Shown one piece after another: positions 24,830 to 36,824 of a DNA stretch of 64,000 bases (within the stretch, counting starts at the first letter, position 1; every line of letters starts with the position of its first letter). Origin of the DNA: Squalus acanthias (Eukaryota); assembly GCA_030390025.1 (NCBI GenBank), contig CM059431.1, positions 155,932,001 to 155,996,000 of the forward strand. Direction: 5' to 3'. The notes under the pieces were generated by a model, which was given only the letters and a program-made list of their open reading frames with translations, ran no database searches and had not been told where the DNA came from. A program made the position numbers and the translations under genes.

Positions 24830-27800
24830 CGACACGGCACTGGGCTATTTTGTTTGCAGTTGGTCAGAGTACCCTGGGATATTGGGATTGCAGAGAGTCG
24901 GAGTAACGTGGGCTATACAGAGGGACAGAGTATACTGGTCTATTGGGACTGCAGAGGGTGAGAGTACCCTGGGCAAATGGGCCTACAGTTGGTCTGAGTA
25001 ACCTCTCTATTGGGCCTGTAGAAGGCCAGACTAGCTGCCCTAATCAATCTGTAGCGGGTAATAGTACCCTGGGCAATTTCCTCTGTAGACGGTCAGAGTT
25101 CCTGGGCTACTGAATCTGCAGAGGCTAGGGTAAACTGTGCTGTGTAGAGTGTCGGAGAACATTGGGCTATTGAGTCTCTAAACGTTCAGAATATGTTAGT
25201 TCAGAATGTCCTGGGATATTTGCCTTGCAGAAGTTCAAAGTAGCGGCGGCTTTTGGACTAAAAATGTTCAGAGTACTTTGCTCTATTGGGCCTGGAGAGG
25301 GTCAGAATACTTTGGACTATTGGGTCTACAGCGGCTCAGGGCACCCTGGGATATTTCACCTTGAGAGGGTCAGAGTACCCTACGATATTGGGCCTTTAAA
25401 CGTTCAGACCTCCCTGGGAACAATGGGCCTTCAGAGTTTGAGCGTACCCTTGACTATACAGCGTTTCAGAGTACCCAGGGCTATACAAAAAATAAGATAA
25501 CCCTGAGATATTGGTAGCTTAGAGCGTCTGTGTCCCTTTTGAACATGTAATAAGAAAATTTGAACATAAGAAATAGGAGTAGGAGTAGGCCAGCTGGCCG
25601 CTCGAGCCTGCTCCGCCATTCAATAAGATCATGGCTGATCTGATCTTGGCCTCAACTCCACTTCGCTGCCGGCTCCCAATAACCCTTGACTTCCTTATCG
25701 TTCAAAATCTGTCTATCTCCAGCTTAAAAATATACAATGACCCAGCCTCAGAGTCAGAGTATTGAACTATTGGGCTTGCAAAGGGTCAGATTTCCTTGAC
25801 ATATAGGGCATGTAGAATGTCAGAGTACGCTGAGCTATGCAGAAGTTAAGAGCACCCTAGGTTATTGGCCATCTGAGTGTCAATGCAACCTGGGTTAGGC
25901 AGAGGGTTAGTTTGCCCCTGTGCTATTGTATCTGTGGAGGTTTTGTGTACAATGCTTTATCGGGCATTTAGTGGGTCAGAGTTCTTGGCTATTGAGTCTG
26001 TAGAGAGCTAGGGTAAGTTGGTAACGTAGATTGTCAGACTACCCTAGACGATGGAGTCTGTTAACGGTCCGATTAAGTGGGCCATTGAGTCTTTAGATTG
26101 TCAGAGTATCCTGCGCATTTCCATTTGTAGCCGGTCAAAGTACACAGGGATTTTGGGCCTACAAAGCTTCAGATTGTTTGCGCTATTGGGTCTGTCGAGC
26201 GACAGATATTGTGGACTCTTGTGTCGATGGAGGCTCAAAGTACCCTGGAATAATAAGCCTGCAGAGTGTCAGTGTACATTGGGATATTGAGCCAGTAGTA
26301 TGTCAGGGTACCCTCGGCTATGCAGAGGATTAGAGTACCCTGGCTATACTGAAGATAAGATTACGATGGGATATCGGGCGTTTACTTCAGAGTATCTGGA
26401 AAACTAGGCTTTTAGCCTGTGGAATATCAGAGTAGATGAGATGAATTCAGAGATTCAATCAGTGTAATCTCTAAAAGACCAGAGTACACTGACCTATAAA
26501 GGGGGTCAGCAAATCATAGCTATTTAACGTGCAGATGACTAGAATACCTGCGCCACTGAGTCTGGTGAGGCTCAGAATAACAGCTATGTTGAAATCTATA
26601 GAGGGTCAGACTTCCTGCGCTTTTGATTCTGTAGAGGTTCAAAATACCCTGAACTATTGACGTTTTAAACTCTCAGAGTAGCCTGGCTATTGGGACTGAA
26701 AAGCTTCAGAGCACGCTGGGCTATTGGATCTGCAGAGGTTCGGAATAGGCTGGACTATACTGTGGATGAGATTCCGTCAGCTACTGAGCCTGCAGAAAGT
26801 CTGCGTACCTGAGCTGTTGGCCTTGTAAAGAGTCAGATTACACTCGGCTTTGCAAAGGGTCAACGTAACCTGGACTATTGAATCGACGGTGGGTCAGAGC
26901 ATTATGCAGTATTCAGCATTTAGAGGATCAGAGTGCCCTTGGACATTTGGTCTGCGAAGGATTAGTGTGCCATGGGCTATTGGCCTTTTGATGGTAAGAT
27001 TTTCCTGGGCTATTTTATATATAACGAGTCGGCGTACCCTGGCAATAATACAGCCAGAGTACCTGGGAAATTGGGTATTTAGAGGATCAAAGTACGCTTT
27101 GTTATTGGACCTTTAGAGTGTCAAAATTCCCTGGGCTGTTGTGTTATTTGAGGTCCAAACTACCCTGGGCTATTTGGCATTCAGAGGATCAAAGTACCCC
27201 GGGCTGTTGGGCCTGTAGAGGGGCAGAGTACCCTGGGATATTTGGTCTGTGGAGGGTCAGTGTGCCCTGGGCTATTGGCCTTTAGACGGTCAGAGTTTCC
27301 TGGGATATTTTAAATATAACGAGTCAGCGTCCCATGGAAATAATAGGGTCAGAATACCTGGGCTATTGAGAATTTAGAGGATCCAAGTACGCTTGGTTAT
27401 TGGCCATTTTGAAGGTCTAATTTCCCTGGGCTGTTCTGTCATTAGAGGCCCAAATGAGTCTGGGCTATTGACCTTTAGAGGATCAAAGTACCCATGGCTG
27501 TTGGTCCTATAGAGTGGCAGAGTCCCCTGGGAAAATCAGAGGATCAGGGAACCCTGCGCTACTGGGCTTTTAGTGTCAAAGTACCCTGGGCTATTGGGCC
27601 TTTAGAAGATCAGAGTACCCGGGGCTGTTGGGCCTTAGAGGGGCAGAATACCCTGGGGAAATCAGAGGATCAAAGAACCCTGGGCTACTAGGATTTTAGT
27701 GTCCAATACACTGGGCTATTGAGACTGTAGAAGGTCAGAGTACGCTGAGCTATTGAGCCTGTGTTGTTTCAGATTAACCTGTGATATTTGGTCTTCAGAG

Positions 27801-30140
27801 GCTCAGCGTACCCTTAACTTTTGAGACTGTAGAGGTTTACAGTACCCTGACATATACGTATTGTAAGAGTACCTTGTCTATTGGGCTTGCAGAGGGCGAG
27901 AGCACCATGGGCTATGCAGAGGGTTAGATTAAGCTGAGCTATTGGTCCTGTAGAGTGTAAGGGTACCCTGAGATTTGCAGAGGGTCACAGTAACTTGGGC
28001 AATGAAGAGGGTTACTGTTCATCTGGCTATTTGGCCCAAAGTGGTTCACACAACCCTGAGCGATTAAATCCTTAGATTGCCAGAATACCGGGCTATTGAG
28101 CCTGTGTGATTCAGAGTAACCAGGGATATTTGGCCTGTAAAGCTTCATAGTACCCTAGGCTATTGATTCTGTAGAGGGCCAGAGTACACTGTGATATTGG
28201 GACTATAACGTGTCAGAATATCCTTGGCTATTGAACCCGTAGAGGGTTAGAGTATACTGGGATATTGGGCCTGTTGGGGGTAAGAATACCCTAGGATATT
28301 GGGGTTTTAGAAGGGCAGGATACGCTGAAAAATTGGCCATTAAGCGTGTCAGAGAACCTGGGATATTGGAAATTAAACTGGTTAGAGAGCCTGCGATATT
28401 GGTCATTAAGTGGGTCAGAGAGCCTCGGTTGTTGGGCATTAAGCGGTACAGACAGGCTGGGATAGTGGGCAGTAAGCGGGTCAGAGAACCTGGGATATAG
28501 GGCCTAAAGTGGTTCTGATTTCCCTGAGCGTAGAGGGCCAAATCACCGGGCTATTGAGCCTGCGTGCGTCAGAGTAACCCGGGATGTAGGGCCTGTAGAA
28601 TTTCATACTACCCATGGCTATTGAATCTGTAGAGTGCCAGAAGGCCTTGGGTCTTGAATATGTAGAGTGTCAGAGTACACTGGGATATTGGGCCTCTGGA
28701 GGGTAGGAATACGTTGGGACATTAGGGTTGTAGGAGGTCAGAGTACGTTGAGACATTGAGCAGTAAGCTGTCAGAGAGCCTGTGATATTGGGCATTAAGC
28801 GGGTCAGAGAGCCTGGGATATTGTTTATTAAGCGGGTCAGAGAGCTTAGGATATTGGGTATAAAGCGGGTCAGGGAGCCTGGGATATTGAGCATTAAGTG
28901 CATCAGACAACCTTGGATATTTTGCCTTTAGAGGATCTGAGATCCCTCAACTTTCAGCCTGTGGAAAGTCAGAGTACCTGAGCTGTTGCGTCGGAAAATA
29001 ATCAGCGTACACTGATGTATAAAGAGGGACTAACATGGCTGTAGGGCGTGTACATGATTCGTATAGCTGCGCTACTGATTCTGTACAAGGTCAGAATACC
29101 TGGGCTATTGAATCGACAGAGGGTCAGAGCACAATGAACTAATGAATCTGTTGATGGCCAGAGTACCCAGGACTATGTAAATGGTGTAGACTGGGCTTAT
29201 GCGTATGTTTCGGTTCATTATTCCTGGGCTATTTAGACTGCCGAGGGTCAGCGTATCCTGAGCTATTGGTCTTCCAGAGGGTCAGAATTATATGGTCTAT
29301 TGGGTCTGCAGAGGACCTGAGTACTTTGGGCTATACAGAAGTTCCCTCAGGTACTGATCGTATAGAAAGTCGGAGTACCTCAGCAATTGGGCCTGTAAAG
29401 GATCAGAGTACCTGACCTATATAGCAGGACAGAGTATGATGATCTATTAGGCCTTTACAATGTCAAATTACACTGGGATGTGGGCCTATGGAGTGACAGA
29501 GTACACTGGGCTATTGGGAGCGTAAGAGTGAACTGCGCTTTTGGCCCTGTTGAGGGTCAGATTACTCTGCAATTTTCAGAGGGCCTGAGTACGTTGGGCT
29601 ATGAAGAGAGTCACATATCGTGGGGTATTTGGCTGATGGAGGGTTAGATTATCCTGGGCTTTCTGGCCTTCAGAGGATCACAGTACCATGGGATATTGGA
29701 TCTACAGAGGGTCATTAATCCCTGACAATAAGAGAGTCAGACGACCGTGGGGTATTTGGCCAGAATAGGGTCAGAGTATTCTGGACTTTGGGTACTTTAG
29801 AGGATCACTGGACCATGGGCTATTGGTAATATAGAGGGTCAGTGAGCTCTGGCAATAGGAGAATCAGAGTACCTGTGCTATTGGCCCTGTCGAGGGTCAG
29901 ACTATCCTAGGCTAATGGACATGTAAGGGGTCAGTATACCCTGGCATATTAGGTCTGCAGAGGTTCAGAGCATCATGGTCTATAGGGCCAGTTGAGCATC
30001 AGATTAAACTGATCTATTTGGCCTGTGAAGAGTCAGGGTACCCGTTGCTTTTTGAGGAAGCAGAGGGGCAGAATACTCTGGGCAATTTGGGCTATAAAGG
30101 GTCAGAGTACCGTGATGATTTGGGTCGGCAGAGGTTCAGA
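24830..30140. repeat. Degenerate 33-34-bp minisatellite (approx. consensus GAGGGTCAGAGTACCCTGGGCTATTGGGCCTGTA) with interspersed 27-bp units
   Basis: AGTACC recurs at 27193 and 27227 (34 bp) and GATATT at 28362 and 28395 (33 bp). The core TCAGAGTACCCTGGGCTAT is recognisable throughout. Confidence 0.85.
25541..25749 (-). mobile_element. 5'-truncated CR1 tail inserted in the old satellite
   Basis: GAACATAAGAAATAGGAGTAGGAGTAGGCC..CTGATCTTGGCCTCAACTCCAC, the same subfamily as 8631-9495. Confidence 0.85.
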
Positions 30141-33100
30141 GTAAACTGGCCTACATAGAGTGTCAGGGTACCGTGGGGTACACACAGTTTCAGAGTACCC
30201 TTGGTTACACAGAGTGTCAGAGTACCGTGGGCTACACAGAGTAACATAGTACACTGGGCTTCACAGAGTGTCAGAGTACTCTGGACTACACAGAGTGACA
30301 GAGTACACCGGGCTACACAGTGTGACAGAGTACCCTTGGCTACACAGAGTGTCAGAATACCGTGGGCTACACAGAGTGACAGAGTAAATTGGGCTACACA
30401 GTGTGACAGAGTACCCTTGGCTACACAGAGTGTCAGAATACCGTGGGCTACACAGAGTGACAGAGTACACTGGGCTACACAGAGTGTCAGAGTGCCCTGG
30501 ACTACACGGAGTGTCAGAGAACCTTAGACTACACAGAGCTTCAGAGTACAGTGTACTACACAGAGTGTTAGAGTACCCTGGTCTACACAGAGTTTCAGAG
30601 TACCTTGGACTACACAGAGTGTCAGAGTACCCTGGACAACACAGAGTTTCATAGTATCCTGGACTACACATAGTGTCAGAGTAACCTGGACTACACAGAG
30701 TGTCAGAGTACCCTGGACTACACAGAGTGTCAGTGTGCCTTGGACTACACAGAGTGTCAGAGTACCTTGGACTATACAGAGTGTCAGAGTACGCTGGACT
30801 ACACTGAGTGTCACAGTACCCTGGACTAAACAGAGTGTCAGAGCACCGTGGGCTACACAGAGTGACAAAGTACACTGGGCTACAGAGAGAGTCAGAGTAC
30901 CCTGGACTACAAGGAGTGTCAGGATACCTTGGACCACACAGAGTGTCAGAATACCGTGGACTACACAGAGAGTTAGAGAACCCTGGTCGACACAGAGTGT
31001 CAGAGAACTTTGGACTACACAGAATGTCAGAGTACCCTGGACTACACTGAGTGTCAGACAACCCTGGACTAAACAATGTGTCAGCGTAACCTGGACTACA
31101 CAGATTGACGGAGTTCCCTGGACTACACAGAGTGTCAGAGTACACTGGGCTATACAGAGTTTCAGAGTACACTGAACTACCCAGAGTGACAGATTACCCT
31201 TGGCTACACAGAGCGTCATAGTACCGTGGGCTACACAGAGTGACAGAGTACACTGGGCTACACAGAGTGTTAGAGTACCCTGGACTACACAGAGTGTCAG
31301 AGTACCGTGTACTACATAGAGATTCAGAGTACCTTGGACTAAACAGAGTGTCAGAGTACCTTGGGCTACACAGAGTGACAGAGTATCCTGGACTACACGG
31401 AGTGTCAGAGTACACTGGGCTATACAGAGTTTCAGAGTACACTGAACTACCCAGAGTGACAGATTACCCTTGGCTACACAGAGCGTCATAGTACCGTGGG
31501 CTACACAGAGTGACAGAGTACACTGGGCTACACAGAGTGTTAGAGTACCCTGGACTACAGAGAGTGTCAGAGTACCGTGTACTACATAGAGATTCAGAGT
31601 ACCTTGGACTAAACAGAGTGTCAGAGTACCTTGGGCTACACAGAGTGACAGAGTATCCTGGACTACACGGAGTGTCAGAGTACCTTGAACTACACAGAGT
31701 GTCAGAGTAGGCTGGAGTTCACAGGTTGTCAGAGTAACATGGACTACACAGAGTGTCAGAGTACCGTGCACTACACAGAGTGTCAGAGTACCTTGGACTC
31801 ATCAGAGTGTCAGAGTACCGTGGGATTCACAGAGTGACATAGTACACTGGGCTACACAGAGTGTCGGAGTACCTTGGACTATAAAGAGTGTCAGAGTATC
31901 CTGGATTAAACTAAGTGTCACAGTACCCTGGAATAAACACAGTGTCAGAGTACCGTGGGCTACACAGAGTGACAAAGTACACCGGGCTACAGAGAGTGTC
32001 AGAGTACACTGGACTACAAGGAATGTCAGTGTACCTTGGACTACACAGAGAGTCAGAATACCGTGGACTACACAGAGTGTTAGAGAACCCTGGTCTAAAC
32101 AGAGTGTCAGAGGACTTTGGACTACACAGAGTGTCAGAGTAGCCTGGACTACACTGAGTGTCAGACAACCCTGGACTAAACAGAGTGTCAGCGTAACCTG
32201 GACTACACAGAGTGTCGGAGCTCCCTGGACTACACAGAGTGTCAGAGTACACTGGACTACACAGAGTGACAGAGTACCCTTGGCTACACAGAGGGTCAGA
32301 GTACCGTGGGCTACACAGAGTGACAGAGTACACTGGGCTGCACAGAGTGTAAGAGTTCCCTGGACTACACGGAGTTTCAGAGTACCTTGGACTACACAGA
32401 GTGTCAGAGTACCTTGGAATACACAGAGTTTCAGAGTAGCCAGGAGTACACAGGTTCTCAGAGTAACATGGACTACACAGAGTGTCAGTGTACCCTGGAC
32501 TACACAGAGTGTCAGAGTACCGTGGACACACAGAGTGTCAGAGTAACCTGACTACACAGAGTGTCAGAGTACCTTGGACTACACAGAGTGTCAGAGTACC
32601 CTGGACTACACAGATTGTCAGTGTGCGCTGGGCTACACAGAGTGTCACTGTACCCTGGATTACACAGAGTTTCAGAGTACCCTGGACTACACAGAATGTC
32701 AGAGAACCCTGGACTACACAGTGTGTCAGAGTACATTGTACTACACAGAGTGTCAGAGTACCCTGGACTACACAGAATGTCAGAGAACCCTGGTCTACAC
32801 AGAGTGTCAGAGTACCCTGGACTATACAGAGTGTCAGAGTACCTTGGACTACGCAGAGTGGCAGACTACCCTAGTCTACACAGACTGTCAGAGTACCCTT
32901 GACTACACAGCGTGTCACAGTACCCTGGACTACACAGAGTGTCAGAGTACCCTGGATTACACAGAGTGGCAGAGTACACCGGTCTACACAGAGTGTCAGA
33001 TTACCCCGGACTGCACGGAGTGTCAGGGTAACTTGGACTACCCAGAGTGTCAGAGTACCGTGGACTACACAGAGTGTTCGAGTAGCCTGGACTACACAGA

Positions 33101-34376
33101 GTCTCAGAGTACCTTGGACTACACATTGTGTCAGAGTACCGTGGACTACACAGAGTGTCAGAGTACCTTGGACTCATCAGAGTGACTGAGTACCGTGGGC
33201 TACACAGAGTGACAGAGTACACTGGACTACACAGAGTGTCACAGTACCGTGGTCCACACAGAGTTTCAGAGTACCTTGGACTACACAGAGTGTCAGAGTA
33301 TCCTGGACTACAAAGAGTGTCAGAGTAACCTGCAATAAACAGAGTGTCAGAGTATCGTGCGCAACACAGAGTGACAGAGCACCCTGGACTACACGGAGTT
33401 TCAGAGGAACTTGGACAACACAGACTGTCAGAGAACCGTAGACTACACAGAATGTAGCCTATCCTGGTCTACACAGAGTGACAGGTTACACTGGGCTGCA
33501 CAGATTGTAAGAGTACCCTGGACTACAAAGTGTGTCGGAGTACCCTGGATTACACAGACAGTCAGAGTACCCTGGTCTACAAAGAGTGTCAGAGTACCTT
33601 GGACTACACAGAGTGTCAGTGTACCCTGGACTACACAGTCTGTCAGAGTACCGTGGACTACACAGTGTGTCAGAGTACCCTGGACTACACAGAGTGTCAG
33701 AGAACACTGGACTACACACAGTGTCAGAGTACCTTGGGCTAATCAGAGTCTCAGAGCACCGTGGACTACACAGAGTTTCAGAGTACCGTGGACTAAACAG
33801 AGTGTCAGAGTACCCTGGACTACACAGAGTGTCAGAGTACCGTGGGCTACACAGAGTGTCAGAGTAACGTGGGCTAAACAGAGTGTCAGAGTACCCTGAA
33901 CTACACAGTTTGTCAGAGAACCGTGGGCTACACAGAGTTTCAGAATACATTGGACTACACAGAGTGTCAGAGTTCCCTGGACTACACAGAGTGTCAGAAT
34001 ACCCTGTATTACACAAAGTGTCAGAGTACCCTGGGGTACACAGATTGTCAGAGTACCTTGGACTGCAAAGTGTGTCAGAGTACCGTGTACTACACAGAGT
34101 GTAAGAGTATTCTGGACTACACAGAGTGTCAGAGTGTCAGAGTGTCAGGGTGTCAGGGTATTGTGAACGACACAGAGTGTCAGAGTACCTTGGACTCATC
34201 AGAGTGTCAGAGTACCGTGGACTACACAGAGTGTCAGAGTACCCTGGACTAAACAAGGTATCAGAGTACCTTGGACTACACAGAGTGTCACAATACCCTG
34301 GACTACACAGATTGTCATTGTACCCTGGACTGCACAGACAGTCAGAGTACCCTGGTCTAAACAGAGTGTCAGAGTG

Positions 34377-34754
34377 CATAGGGACATAGAATCTAGGAGC
34401 AGTTGTATGCCATTCGGCCCGTCGAGCCTGCTCCACCATTCAATACGATCATGGTTGATCATCCAAGTCCAGTACCCAGTCCCTGATTTAATCCGCACAG
34501 TACACATATCCCAACCTACCCCCGTAACCCCACATATTTAATCCCCCCCTAAGACTAAGGGTCAATTTATCATAGCCAAATCAACCTAACCCGCACATTT
34601 TTGGACTGTGGGAGGAAACCGGAGCACCCGGAGAAAACCCACGCAGACACGGGGAGAATGTGCAAACTCCACACAGACAGTCACCCGAGGTCAGATTCGA
34701 ACCCGGGTCCCTGGCGCTGTGAGGCACCAGTGCTAACTGTTATGCCACAGTGTT
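34377..34754 (-). mobile_element. tRNA-derived V-SINE (HE1-like), copy 1
   Basis: The minus strand reads an A-box-like TGGCATAACAGTTAG, B-box GGTTCGAATC, V-domain TGTGTGGAGTTTGCACATTCTCCCCGTGTCTGCGTGGGTTTTCTCCGGGTGCTCCGGTTTCCTCCCAC, then a CR1-derived 3' tail. Confidence 0.9.
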
Positions 34755-36402
34755 GTACCTTGGACTACACATTGTGTCAGTGTACCCTGGAAAACACAGA
34801 GTGTCAGAGTACCCTGGACTACACAGAGTGTCAGAGTACCCTGGACTACACAGATTGTCAGAGTAACCTGGACTACACAGAGTGTCAGAGTACCCTGGAC
34901 TACACAGAGTGTCAGGGTATCGTGGGCAACACAGAGTGACAGACCACCCTGGACTACACGGAGCTTCAGAGGAACTTGGACAACACAGAGTGTCAGAGTA
35001 CCGTGTACTACACAGACAGTCAGATTGCCTTAGACCACACAGAGTGTCAGAGTACAGTGTACTGCACAGAGTGTCAGAGTACCTTGGAATACACAGAGTG
35101 TCAGAGTACCGTGGGCTACACAGAGCGACAGAGTACACTGGGCTGCACAGAGTGTCAGAGTACCGTGCGCTTCACAGTGTCAGAGTACCCTGGACTACAC
35201 AATGTGTCAGAGTACCCTGGACTACACAGAGTGTCAGAGTAACTTGCACGACACAGAGTGTCAGAGTACCGTGCACTACACACATTGTCAGAGTACCTTG
35301 GACTAAGCAGAGTGTCAGAGAACCGTGGGCTACACAGAGTGACAGAGTGCACTGAGCTACACAGAGTGTCAGATTACCCTGGACTACACAGAGTGTCGGT
35401 GTACCCTGGGCTACACAGAGTCTCAGAGTACCGTGGACTATACAGAGTGTTAGAATACCCTGGACTACACAGAGTGTCAGAGTACCCTGGACTACACAAA
35501 GTGTCAGAGTACCCTTGGCTACACAGAGTGTCAGAGTGCCTTGTACTACACAGAGTGTCAGAGTACCGTGGACTTAACAGAGTGTAAGAGTACACTGGAC
35601 GACACAGCGTGTCAATGTACCTTGGACTACACAGAGTGTCAGAGAACACTGGACTACACACAGTGTCAGAGAACCTTGGGCTAATCAGAGTCTCAGAGCA
35701 CCGTGGACTACACAGAGTGTTAGAGTACCCTGGTCTACACAGAGTGTCAGAGTACCTTGGACTACACAGAGCGTCAGAGTAACGTGGACTACACAGAGTG
35801 TCAGAGTACCGTGGACTACACAGAGTGTCAGAGTACCGTGGACTAAACAGAGTGTCAGAGTACCCTGGACTACACAGAGTGTCAGAGTACCGTGGGCTAC
35901 ACAGAGTGTCATAGTAACGTGGGCTAAACAGAGTGTCAGAGTACCCTGGACTACGCAGTTTGTCAGAGAACCGTGGGCTACACAGAGTTTCAGAATACAT
36001 TGGACTACACAGAGTGTCAGAGTTCCCTGGACTACACAGAGTGTCAGAGTACCCTGTACTACACAAAGTGTCAGAGTACCCTGGGCTACACAGATTGTCA
36101 GAGTACCTTGGACTGCAAAGTGTGTCAGAGTACCGTGTACTACACAGAGTGTCAGAGTATCCTGGACTACACAGTGTGTCAGAGTACCTTGGACTACACA
36201 GAGTGCCAGAGTACCGTGGACTACACAGAGTGTAGGAGTACCTTGGACTCATCAGAGTGTCAGAGTACCGTGGACTACACAGAGTGTCAGAGTACCCTGG
36301 ACTAAACAGAGTATCAGAGTACCTTGGACTACACAGATTGTCATTGTACCCTGGACTACACAGACAGTCAGAGTACCCTGGTCTAAACAGAGCGTCAGAG
36401 TG

Positions 36403-36824
36403 CATAGAAACACAGAATCTAGGAGCAGGAGTAGGCCATTCGGCCCGTCGAGCCTGCTCCAACATTCAATACGATCATGGCTGCTCATCCAAGTCCAGTA
36501 CCCTGTCCCTGCTTTAATCCCCACGGTACACATAACCCACCCTACCCCCGTAACCCCACGTATTTAATTCCCGCTAACATATCCCATCCTATCCCCATAA
36601 CCCCACATATTTATCCCCCCCTAACATTAAGGGACAATTTATCGTAGCCAAATCAACCTAACCCGCACATGTTGGGCTGTGCGAGGAAACCGGAGCACCC
36701 GGAGAAAACCCACGCAGACACGGGGAGAATGTGCAAACTCCACACAGACAGTCACCCGAGGTCAGATTCGAACCCGGGTCCCTGGCGCTGTGAGGCACCA
36801 GTGTAACCAATATGCCACCGTGTT
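36403..36824 (-). mobile_element. V-SINE (HE1-like), copy 2
   Basis: As copy 1, plus a ~47-bp internal tandem duplication. Confidence 0.9.

Noticed and set aside
34690..34754. tRNA gene (A and B boxes on the minus strand; likewise in SINE copies 2 and 3)
   Set aside because: It is the tRNA-derived head of a V-SINE, continuous with the V-domain and CR1 tail.
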